DNA of 64,000 bases from Mobula birostris (taxonomy: Eukaryota): assembly GCF_030028105.1 (NCBI RefSeq), contig NC_092383.1, forward strand, positions 86,881,921 to 86,945,920, given 5' to 3'. The notes beneath the pieces were generated by a model, which saw nothing but the letters and a program-made list of their open reading frames with translations, was not told the origin of the DNA and did not search any database. Shown piece after piece: positions 36,928-47,525 of the stretch (position 1 is the first letter of the stretch; every line of letters begins with the position of its first letter). The position numbers and the translations under genes were made by a program.

Positions 36928-37636
36928 GCGTAGAACATAGAATAGTACAGCATATTACAGGCCCTTCGGCCCATAATGTTGTGCTGACCCTCAAACCCTG
37001 CCTCCCATATACCCCCCACCTTAAATTCCTCCATAGACCTTCTAGTAGTCTCTTAAATTTTACTAGTGTATCTGCCTCCACCACTGACTCAGGCAGTGCA
37101 TTCCATGTACCAACCACTCCCTGAGTAAAAAACCTTCCTCTAATATCCCCCTTGAACTTCCCACCCTTTACCTTAAAGTCATGTCCTCTGGTATTGAGCA
37201 GTGATGCTCTGGGGAAGAGGCGCTGGCTATCCACTCTATCTATTCCTCTGATTATCTTGTACACCTCTATCATGTCTCCTTTCATCCTCCTTCTCTCCAA
37301 AGAGTAAAGCCCTAGCTCCCTTAATCTCTAATCATAATGCATACTCTTTAAACCAGGCAGCATCCTGGTAAATCTCCTCTGTACCCTTTCCAATGCTTCC
37401 ACATCCTTCCTATAGTGAGGCAACCAGAACTGGACACAGTACTCCAAGTGTGGCCTAACCAGAGTTTTATAGAGCTGCATCATTACATCGTGACTCTTAA
37501 ACTCTGTCCCTTGACTTATGAAAGCTAACGCCCCATAAGCTTTCTTAACTACCCTATCTACCTGTGAGGTAACTTTCAGGGATCTGTGGACATGGACCCC
37601 CAGATCCCTCTGCTCTTCCACACCAAGTATCCTGCC
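36928..37636 (-). mobile_element. Young CR1 3' fragment
   Basis: Closely matches the 3' 700 bp of the CR1 at 54405-56600. TSD AAGTGAT at 36918 and 37637. Confidence 0.9.
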
Positions 37637-38079
37637 AAGTGATGGGCAATGCAGGAAGAGACCAGAACAATCTGTCAATGTGTAGCATCTGTCGTTACTT
37701 CTCTATATTCTCTCTGGAGAGACAATTAAAGAAAACAGAAGTTCTGACCACATTCTTCACTAAGGTTGAACATTACACAGATGACAGCAGTGACTGATGC
37801 AATAGAGTCAGCACTCATACTATACAACGTACAGAATTTAAGCAGATATACATTCGCAGCAAATATACTGTACTGTTTCTCCCTAAAGCAAATGTAACAA
37901 ACCCAAAGTAACAAAAGCTCTCCATGTATCTTGAATTATTTTATCATTTAACTATTTATATACAATGTGAAATTAAGTTTTTATGAACAATTGCAAAGCC
38001 AGCAACAAAAATGCGGGAAAATATAAATTAGCTACGTTCTTGGATCACCTCAAACTCACACTACAATGAAATGAAGAGC

Positions 38080-38500
38080 AACACACACAAAATGCTGGCG
38101 GACCTCAGCAGGTCAGGCAGAATCTATGGAAATGAATAGATAGTCGAGGTTTCAGGCAGAAGCCATTCTTTTACCTCTTCTCAGCCGCCTGCTACTCCCC
38201 CCCGGGCCCCTCCTCCTTTCCTTTCTTCTATGGTCCACTCTTCTCTCCTATCAGATTCTTTCTTTACAGTCCTTGACTTTTCCCACCCACCTGGCTTCAC
38301 CGATCACCTTCCAGATAGCCACCTTCCCCTCTTCCATCTTTTTATTCCAACAATTTCCCACTTCCTTCTCAGTCCTGAAAAAGAGTGTTGGCCAGAAACA
38401 TCAACGACCTATTCATTACCATAGATGCCGTCTGACCTGTTGAGTTCCTCTAGCAGTTTTCCGTGTTGCTTTGGATCTTTAGTATCTGCAGAATGGTTGT
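38080..38500. mobile_element. Penelope-like terminal repeats in inverted arrangement
   Basis: acacaaaatgctggcggacctcagcaggtcagg at the left end and its reverse complement (tctgacctgttgagttcctctagcag) at the right end. Confidence 0.65.
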
Positions 38501-39074
38501 GTTTACAATGAAATTAAGAGTGAACAATTAACATTGTTCAGTTAAACGGACGGGAGGAGGGGAAATGTCAACATTTCAATTGAGACCCTGCATCAATAGT
38601 GAGTGGAGGGGGAGATAGTGTGAACAGGAGAGAGGGAGGTGTGAAACTGGATGCACTAGGTGGTCGGGGACTAGGGGGTGGGGAGTTGAAGCACAACAGG
38701 CAAATGGAATGGGGAGAAAATGGGGTGGATTTTGGAGATGGGTGAGAGGTGGAAACAGATCAGGAGAAAAGGGGGATAGTGTGGAGCCAGGTGAGGGGAG
38801 AATATGTCCAGCTGGAGAAATCCCCTGGAGGCTGCTAAGAGGGAACATCAGGTCTATGGTACTGCACAGGGTAGTCAAGGTGAGGTCTGGTCAACATCTT
38901 TAAGTTGTGCCTTTGTTTAATTTCCTAAGATGCATCACTTCACACTGCCTGAGTTCAATTCCATCAGTCATTCCACTGACCACTTTCCTAGTTGAAAGTT
39001 CAAAGTAAATTTATTATCAAAGTATGTGTTCCATAAACAACCTCGAGATTCATCTTCTTGCAGATACCCACAAA

Positions 39075-41174
39075 ACAAAGAAACAATAGAACCCACGACA
39101 AGCCACACACAACAAAGTCTGACAAACATCAACACGCAAAATAGGATGAATCGTGCAAATAATTAAAAAGATGTAAACAAGTAGTACATAGAACATGAGT
39201 CACGGAGTCCCCGAAAGTGAGTCCACAGTTTCAGAGTCAGCTCAGTGCTGAGGTGTGTGAAACTAATCCAGGAGCGCGATAGTTGCCGGGCATCAACTGT
39301 TGATGAACTCTGCAGTGTGGGCCCCAGGGCTCCTGTACCTTCCGCCTGAAGGTAGTACCAAGGAGAGAGGGAGACGGGTCAGACGCAGGCCTATGGAACA
39401 GGCTCAGGTGGGGGGATCTTGCTGACACGGAGTAATGCAGCTGAACACTGGTTCATTTCCAGGTCCCTTTGTAAACTTAGACAACTCTTTCCACTGTCCA
39501 CCACACTACAGTGATACGCGTAGCTTATTACTCATACCACCTACATTTTCATTCCAAATTATTAATATTGATGACAAATGACAGTGGTTAACAAATAACA
39601 GCACCGATCCCGATGGCACACTACTGGTGGTAAAGTCAGATGTTGTCAGAAAACCAACACTCCACTACCACAGTCTGACTCCTTCCACCAAGCCTATTCA
39701 GTATCTATCCAGCTAGTTTACCATGAGATCTCACATTGCAGATCAATCTACTATACAAGATCTTGCCATAAGCCTTGCTAAACTCATGTGCTAAACGCTA
39801 CTGCCCTGTTCTCATCAGTTCCTGCTGTGATGACAAACCAAGTTATCAGAAGATTGATGCTAATGAGAGAGAGATAAGGGAGACAAATGGAGAAACGTTC
39901 CAATGTTAATGAGAGAGGAGAGAGATAACGGAAAAGAAACACAATTCAGAATATTGACAGACTGATTGCTTTGAACCTGAACTGTTTGAAGTTTGATGGA
40001 CAGGCGATACCCCAGCAGGGGGATAAAAAGAACAGGTTCGCTAAGGCATGACACACACCACAAGATCACGAGATAACGAGACCCTGGAAGAGCGGTGTGC
40101 CCCCACAAGTTGGTGAGAGTTTGGAGGTCCGGTTGGCGGGAACCGACCATAGACTCACAGGGTGAAAAGGTACAATCGGCGGGAACCTGGTGTGTGTGTC
40201 CGCCCTTGCTTGGGCGCTGGGTTCACTGCGGAAGAACGGTCGGATCCGGAACGGAGGGGTCACAGTCGGTGACCACAGCGGGATAGAAGACATAAAAGGG
40301 TTCGCCCGAAAGCCAACTGCGAAGAACATCAAAGGTCTGCTTGAATCAAAATTTGCATCTCTCTCTCTCTCTCTCTCTCCAACGGCACAACAGCGATTAC
40401 TGCGAACTGTACTAAGCTGAACTGAACTCTGCGTCACTTGAGACTGATCATCTTACCCCTAGACTGCGATAGAGCTTGGTGGATTCCTATTACCCTAGTT
40501 CTGTGTACATGTGTGTTTTATCATTGCTAACCTGTTGCATTTATATCCTTACGATTAGAGTACTGTGTTACTTATTTCTTTAATAAAACTTTATTAGATC
40601 CTAGTAATCCAGACTCCAACGAGTGGTCCATTTCTGCTTGTTTGGCAACCCAGTTACGGGGTATGTAACACTGCGGTCATTTCTTCAAAAAAATTCAGTC
40701 AAATTCTTTTGAGAGAGGATTTCCCATGCTCAAAATTATGTTGACTATCTCAATCAGATGTTGTCTTTGCAAATTCAGGTAGATCATGTCTTGCACAATT
40801 GCCTCCAGCTGAATCATTAGTGGGCAGTGACAAGGATGACTCCAATCAAATAAAAGTCATTACTTGTGAAGAGTTGTGAGCACATGATGAGGGACGATGC
40901 TGTTGTCTTCTCAGTCTATATGGACTTCAATTGTACCAATAGACAAGGGCACACTGCCACTGGGGAACACAACTTTAAATAAAGCATCTTCTTTTATTAT
41001 TATTATGTTCTTTATCTTTCGTATTTTTTTTGCTGCTGCATTGAATCGAGTAACAATGATTTCACTCTCCTTTACACTTTTGTACAGGAAATGACATTAA
41101 ACAATCTCGAATCTTGAATCTCCCTGTGTTGATTTGATTTTACCTGTGTATTTTCTGAAAAATTTCTCCCTCAG
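39075..41174 (+). repeat. Intron segment paralogous to 2680-3600
   Basis: Collinear similarity up to the V exon, interrupted only by the solo LTR at 39826 and a short extra block. Confidence 0.9.
39826..40670 (+). mobile_element. Solo LTR, family 2 (Gypsy-like)
   Basis: TGT...TAACA termini, exact 4-bp TSD CTGC, and AATAAA near the 3' end. The paralogous site near 3400 is empty. Confidence 0.9.
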
Positions 41175-41494
41175 TTTCAGGTGCTGTATGGGCAGAAGAT
41201 GAAGTAAGAGGAGTTGTGGGAAGAGCGATCACAATCGATTGTCACTGTGCACCAATGTACCGTTCACACACAAAGTATTTGTGCCGCATGTGGGATCGCC
41301 AATGCTCATCGTTAGTGAATACAAATGGGACAAATGAGCAGTATGGAAGAATGACAATCAGAGATAACACATCCCAGGGAATATTTACTGTTACTATGGA
41401 GAATTTTGTCTCTAATGATACAGGACTTTACAGATGTGGATTTACAACATCTGGCAATCTTCCAGAGTTTGACGTGCATCTACAAGTATCTGAC
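41175..41494 (+). CDS. Gene B: Ig V-set exon of a CD300/pIgR-like receptor (open frame, normal splice donor missing)
   Basis: Acceptor tttctccctcag. Reads SGAVWAEDEVRGVVGRAITIDCHC..KYLCRMWDRQCSSLV..GRMTIRDN..NDTGLYRCG..VHLQVSD. After GAC the sequence jumps to DNA that lies about 4.2 kb further downstream in gene A. Confidence 0.9.
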
Positions 41495-42614
41495 CTCCAC
41501 ATCCTTTCTATAAGGTTACAACCAGAAATGCATTTTATGTTCCCAATGAGCCCTAACCAAAGTTTCATGAAGCTACAAAATAACTTGTCAGCTTTAGTCT
41601 CCAGCATGTAGAATGAAGAAGCCAAGCGTGCTGAATGCTTTCATTACCATTATATCCACTTGTGTTGCCATCCTCATGGAACAATGGACTTATACCCCAA
41701 GAAATCTCTGTATATCAATTCTAAAGGGATCTGGCTATTAAATTCCAAGTGAAGTCAAACTGCTCCAACATATGAGAAGTGTTTGAAGGCTCTGGGCCTG
41801 TACTTGCTAGATGTCTAGCCCAGAAGGCACAGTTTCAGAATAGTAGGACATCCCTTTGAAAGAAAGATGAGGAGAAATTTGTTTGGCCAGATGCTCGTGA
41901 ATCTGTGGAATTTTTTGTTAAAGGCAGCTCTGGAGGTCAAATCATTGGGTATATTTAAAACAGAGGTTGATAGGCTTTTGCTTAGTAAGGGCATCAAAGG
42001 TTGCAGAGAGAAGGCAGAAGAATAGATTAATTAAGAGGGATTATAAATAAGCCATGATGGAGCAGACTGAATGGCCTAATTCTGCTCCTGTGTCTTAGAC
42101 CTTATGGTCTATGGTTTTCTGGTTCTCCAGTCTCATATGATTCCCTGTTGGCTTCATATAGATATCAATAGTAATGGGATCCCTTCCTGCTGCAGGTCAT
42201 TGAAACCAATCACAATTATACTCTCTCCCTAAAGTCACCATTTATTTTGTACATATCTGACAATTTCCTGCTTTGATATTCTGTAGAGGTTTCCAGGACA
42301 CCCAGAAATACTGCCATTCCAAAGTCAAACTGTTGGGTGCCACCTTAGACTGTCTCCTTGCTGCTGAGAGAGATTGTAACTCTGACTTTCACACTGACAC
42401 ATACTCAGCGTCATCACTGCTGTCCTGATCTGGAGACCTGCTCTGTTCAGCGACACTGACAGACATGGCAGTTCAGGCAGATGCGGGGATACAGTGACAA
42501 AGAGAGACAGCTGAGCTGCTGAGATTCCAAACTGGTGGGTTCTGGTCAAGATACAGAGCTGCTGAAATCTTCAGTGTGTTTGATTTTCAGATGTTCACTG
42601 ATTCTTTTCCACAG

Positions 42615-42930
42615 AACCTGTCTGTTCCTTTGCTTCGATTTTCACCACCAAGTGGCTCAAGTTGTGCGGACTCCATGTCACTGTCCTGTGAGTCTGCCCA
42701 TGGATCCCTTCCCATTCAGTACTCATGGTATGAAAAGACCCCATCCATGGATTCAAAGATCTCTGACATCAATAAACTGGATCTACATTGTCAATCCTTA
42801 AAATACAAAAATTATCTGTATTATTGCAAAGCCTCAAATGCTAATGAAGAGAAGTCCAGTGAAGTACTTAATGTATCCATCTCCAACGGTGTCAGCACCT
42901 GCAGAAATGTGATTGAAGTCAACAGCACGG
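42615..42930 (+). CDS. Gene B: C2-type Ig domain exon
   Basis: Acceptor attcttttccacag and perfect gtaagt donor at 42931. Reads SVPLLRF..SMSLSCES.HGSLPIQYSWYEK..LYYCKASN..KSSEVLNVSI. At 316 nt it is 2 nt short of a symmetric phase-1 exon. Confidence 0.88.
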
Positions 42931-43070
42931 GTAAGTGGTGCAGGTTTTGATTCTTTATGATGGTCAATGGAGTACAACTGAATGATTGATGTGTGCTGGA
43001 TATTGTGTTGTTGGAACTTCACTCAGGAGCATGGAGTGTATGTTGTCACCACCTTTCAGAGAATGAAACT

Positions 43071-43420
43071 ATGCAGAAAATTTGAAGTTAATAACTCATC
43101 TCCTTCTACCTTAGACCACGAACTTATCAATCAACCCTGATGAGTTATTAACTTCAAACTTTCTGCATAATCACTCAAAGAGTTGACCTGCATGTGCATG
43201 TAACAACAGCTGTATAACTCATCTCCTTCTACCCTAGGCCACGAACTTATCAATCAGCTGTGCTGTGGACACTTTCTGGAGGTCCAAGATCCGTATATTC
43301 CACGACCGCTGGACGAAATGTGTAAATGTAGGAGGGGACTACGTTGAAAAATAAATGTGCTAGGTTTTCTAAAAGTGACTCCTGCTACCTTAGGCCACAA
43401 ACTTATCAATCACCCCTGTA
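43071..43420 (+). mobile_element. Mariner-derived non-autonomous element remnant
   Basis: Encodes KIRIFHDRWTKCVNVGGDYVEK*, a mariner transposase C-terminus. Three copies of the TIR-like motif ccttaggccacgaacttatcaatca; the last ends at a TA. Confidence 0.75.
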
Positions 43421-44085
43421 TGTAAAATCATACTTTCATATAATTCTCAAAAAAAGGTCAGGTGTATCTTTTACCTCTTGACCACTCACTGCATACCACT
43501 GGAGAAAATTCCCTGCTTTCATTATACATGCGGGAGGAGAAGATGGCGACGCGACGCAGCTCACAGCGGCCACTGCGGTGGTGATGTCTGTTATTTGTCA
43601 AGTAGGGTGTCGTGTGCAATTCTGTTTTGATGGAGACGAACGTGAGAACACGGAGGAACATCTGGTGAAACTTCTGAAATGCCTGCTTCGCTGCTGCTGC
43701 TACTGTGTGGTCCAGAATCTCCAGAGGAGAAGGCCCCAAGTCCTTGGCTTTGCTTGTTGCTCGGCGGCCGGGACGAGGTTGAAATGCTCGGCAGAGGATG
43801 GTGCTCGGAGAGGCTGTGTCGGAGGGGCTAGTCGGAGGCTCGAAGTTTTCGGATGGACTCAGAGTCTGCTGCGGTTGGGTGCTTCCAATGGTGCTGCTGC
43901 GTGAAATGATGAATCTATCGGGACGTTGAGACTCTTTTTTACCGTGCCCATGGTCTGCTCTTTATCAAATTATGGTATTGCTTTGCACTGTTGTAACTAT
44001 ATGTTATAAATATGTGGTTTTGTCAGTTTTAGTCTTGGTTTGTCCTGTGTTTTCTTGTGATATCATTCTGGAGGAATGTTGTATC

Positions 44086-45252
44086 TGTCATGGTCCGGTC
44101 TGTGAAGTCCGTATTCCGGTTCACGGTCCGGTCCATAGTTCCTTATTCCAGGGTTTCTAGTTTTCCCCAGTTTCTGTTGTAGGCACATGATTCTCGTTTT
44201 GGGGCTGAGACATAAATACCTCTGCAAACCAGGGATTCCCTGCTAGACTGTCCTGTTCCCCTCCCTGTCTTTTCCCCCCTTGTCTGACTCTCTGCCTGGA
44301 TACCTCACCTGACTCTCCATCTAGTTCAATTGCCAGTGCAGAGATGGAACTGTCTGTTGTTCTTCGGTGTTTGTCTCTTCTTGTCCTTGCCTCCATGGAG
44401 TAAGTCAGGCCTTTCTGCCGTTGCCCTGTGGGGGGGATCTGTCTTGTCTTGTCCTCGCCTCTGTGGAGTAAGTCAGGCCGTTCTGCCGTTACCCTGCGGG
44501 GGGGGACCTGTCTTGTCTTGTCTTGTCTTTGCCTCTGTTGGGTAAGTCCGGCCGTTCTGCCATTACCCGACGGATGGTCCTGTCCCACCTTGGGGTGGAG
44601 ATGAAGTTGAGCCCCGGCTTGTCTAAATATAAGTCCCAGCTCTGTGTCTATGTACTGTCCTATCTCATGTTGGTGTCGTGTTGAAGATGAGTCCCGGCTT
44701 GACGAAGGATAAGTCCCGGCTCCATGTTGGTGTACAGTTCCCAGTCTGTCTCCGAGGTCCAGCCTCCGGGTTATCAGCCTCTGCATTCCAAGCCTCAAGA
44801 CCCCAAGCCTGTCTCCAAGCCTCCAGCCTCAAGACCCCAATCCTGTCTCCAAGCCTCCAGCCTCAAGACCCCAATCCTGTCTCCAAGCCTCCAGCCTCAA
44901 GACCCCAAGCCTGTCTCCAAGTCTCCAGCCTCAAGACCCCAAGCCTGTCTCCAAGCCTCAAGACCCCAAGCTTCCAGTCTCAAGACCCCAAGCCTGTCTC
45001 CAAGCCTCAAGACCCCAGTCTCCAGTCCTGCAGTCATGTCCATGCCTGGTTCTGGGGCCTGAGCCCGAGGCAAGACCCAGATTCTGGGTCCTTGTCCAGT
45101 CACTGGCTCGGGATCCAAGCCCAAGTCTGTGTTCTTGTCCCTGCTCCTTGACTGTATCCTGTCACCTCCCTACTCTAGTCAAGTCCTGTTCCTTGTACTT
45201 CACTGTCTGTGTCTTGCATTTGGGTCCACCATCAACACCCCCCAAGGTGACA
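44086..45252 (+). mobile_element. Solo LTR, family 1
   Basis: TGTCA...TGACA termini with exact 5-bp TSD GTATC at 44081-44085 and 45253-45257. Homologous to 8783-9958. Confidence 0.92.
44785..45020 (+). repeat. Minisatellite inside the LTR
   Basis: Units of about 35 bp, CCAAGCCTCCAGCCTCAAGACCCCAA(G/T)CCTGTCT, in roughly 6-7 full or shortened copies. Confidence 0.9.
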
Positions 45253-45391
45253 GTATCATTTTTATAATGCATGCATTTCTAAATGACAATAAATGAGGAC
45301 TGAGTGTCCTCATAATCTAATCTAATCTAAATCTAATCAAAGTTACTGTAGATTAAGTCATGGGTCTGTTTTATTGAGATGATCCTGAGAT

Positions 45392-45615
45392 GGGCACCAT
45401 GGTGGCGTAGAGGTTAGAGTGAAGCAATTACAGTTCGGGCATTTTGGAGTTTGGTGTTCAATTCTGTAAGGAGTCTGTACATCTTCCCTGTGGAATGCGT
45501 GGGTTTTCCCCAGGTACTCTGGATTCCTCCCACAGTCCAAATACATACCGGGGAGGTTAATTGGTCACTATAAATTGTCCCATGATTGGGTTGGGGCTAA
45601 TCAGGTTTATTATCT
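45392..45615 (+). mobile_element. tRNA-derived SINE
   Basis: A-box-like ggtggcgtagaggttag, B-box-like gttcaattc, and core tgcgtgggttttcc...ggattcctcccacagtccaaa. Confidence 0.75.
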
Positions 45616-45694
45616 AATAAAAGTTTTTAACTTTTCATACCTTTCACATTCATCAGTCATATAATAGATCTTGAAATTTATTTTTTTATTTCAG

Positions 45695-45762
45695 GAAATA
45701 ACCACATTGGAAGAAAACGTCGTTTATACAGATCTTCCCCACACTTGAAACAATGAGGCAGG
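45695..45762 (+). CDS. Gene B: candidate cytoplasmic exon with an ITIM
   Basis: Acceptor tttttttatttcag. Phase 0 reads EITTLEENVVYTDLPHT*; VVYTDL fits (I/V/L/S)xYxx(L/V). TGA at 45746 precedes a possible donor, gtaaag, at 45763. Confidence 0.6.
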
Positions 45763-47344
45763 GTAAAGTTCTTTTGCATCTCACACGTTCAGTGTCCATG
45801 TGACTCAGTTCAGTACTCACAACCATCTCATAGAGTTACAGAGTAATACAGCGTGGATAAAGGCCTTTCGGCCCAGTCTGTCCATGCTGACCACAGGGCC
45901 CCCCAGCAGGTACAGGTGCTTTCTGTGGGTTCAGTCTTGAGACTTATTGGAGGTCTGCAATGGTGACTGTAAGTTCAGGAGCATTTGGAGACTGTCAGGG
46001 CAAGTGATAACAATCCAAACTCTTTCTGTTGAAAACGTGCTTAGAATGCATAAGGTTCATTGGGAAGGGATCTGGTGTGATCAAACATACTGCTTCATAT
46101 TGCAGCCTATTATCACAATTAAACCCTGCCAAATCTGACAGCCAGTCTGAGAAATTGGTTTTGTCTCTTGGCATTGTCGATTACTTTATAAAGGTCATGA
46201 ACCGATTTCTTGCAGAACTCAGGGTCACCAAGTGTGACCGCCACAGTGCTGAGCTTTGTTCAGAGCAGACCTGTCATCAGTCACCCAGGTCTTACTTTTC
46301 ATTGCCTAAATAGTTGTCTGAAATGAAATGTTTCCTTAGAATATAAATGAGGAATTATGCAGAAGGAAGACAGATTAGAAATCACAGTGAGTCAGCTGAT
46401 GATATCAGACATCCAAATGATTGAAGTTTGCGAAGTACATGAAACAAAAAACAGTACACGCTGCATGGCATTCTGGCTGAACAGAGGAGCACTTTTAGTA
46501 ATAGACTAAGACAACTGTGCTGCACAAAGAGCGCTATATGACGTCATTCTTACCCTCGGTATTAGGCTCTATAATGAGTCAACCTATAGCTGGGGAAGTG
46601 ATGAAGCCCTCCTGTTAGACTGTTCATGGTAACTTTTTTTAAAATTTTACTTCTGTTTTAATATTTATATCTGTGCACTTGTAATGCAACTGTGACACTG
46701 GGATTAAGGTATCTATCTATCTAATTTTCAGCAAATGATAGAAATTTGTGGAGAGTGTTAAAATGTTAGCAGGACTGAGTGATAATACTCAAGTGAGGGG
46801 ATCCTGGTGATTTGTGGGCTGTGTCAGAAAAGATGACATGTTGAGAATCAGATGAAACTACTTCCAGAAGCAAAGGAGATGTAAATGAGAGCCACAGATG
46901 AAGCAGTTGGAACAGAGCTTGTTGGCAGTGGACGAACACCTGAGCTCACAGTTGGAGTTAATGTAAAGTTCATGATTGTTGTCAAAGCTGGTTCTTGTAC
47001 ACAGGCACTCAGTAAATTTCTTCAAAGTCTTCCCACTCTGCTGAATCTGTTCAGCCAGTGGGACGTCCCAATTGCTGCAGGAACTTGCCCACTCTGGGAA
47101 ATTCCTCCTTTCCCGGCCCCTGCCCACAACCAGAACCACACACAAACTGCTTCAGGAACTCAGCAGACCAGGCAGTGTCTACAGTGAGAAATGGCAAGTT
47201 GATGATTTGGATTGGGACCTTTCAATGTGAGGTGTCCAAAACCACTAGCAGAACATCTAGTGTCTCAGGAGGCATTGCACACTCTCAGCTGGACAATTTT
47301 TATTTTTGATTTGATTTTATTTAGGGATATATACAGCCCAACAA

Positions 47345-47525
47345 GAATTCACTGCCTATTTAACCTGCTAACCCGTATGTCTTTGGAATGTGGGAGGAAA
47401 CTGAAGCACCCAGATGAAACCCACACAGTCACGGGGAGAATGTACAAACTCCTTACAGACAGTGGTGGGAATTGAACCTGGGTCACTGGTGCTGTAATAT
47501 TGTTATGATAGCCGCTACACGGTAA
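47345..47525 (-). mobile_element. tRNA-derived SINE
   Basis: The minus strand has the B-box ggttcaattccc and the same core as 45392-45615. Confidence 0.78.

Larger units (their letters stand above)
35205..38160 (+). repeat. Segmental duplicate B
   Basis: Collinear with 30115-33465; carries its own L1 and CR1 insertions. Confidence 0.88.
43530..45335 (+). mobile_element. Unclassified non-autonomous retroelement, copy 3, split by a solo LTR
   Basis: 43530-44085 and 45253-45335 rejoin to match 296-970; ends in a taatctaatctaatct tail. Confidence 0.8.

Noticed and set aside
43026-43080. Possible exon after the C2 exon (acceptor cttcactcag)
   Set aside because: Phase 1 gives GAWSVCCHHLSENETMQKI*, with no donor and no TM segment, and it runs into the mariner remnant.
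44785-45020. CRISPR-like appearance of the 35-bp repeats
   Set aside because: The units are head to tail with no unique spacers, lie inside a eukaryotic LTR and have no cas genes nearby.
44157-45151. ORFs of 213, 157 and 112 aa with repetitive Pro/Ser/Gln content
   Set aside because: They are translations of the LTR minisatellite, and the second LTR copy does not keep the frames.
46029-47187. ORFs 46029-46313 and 46885-47187 as further cytoplasmic exons of gene B
   Set aside because: No signalling motifs and no clear splice-site pairing.
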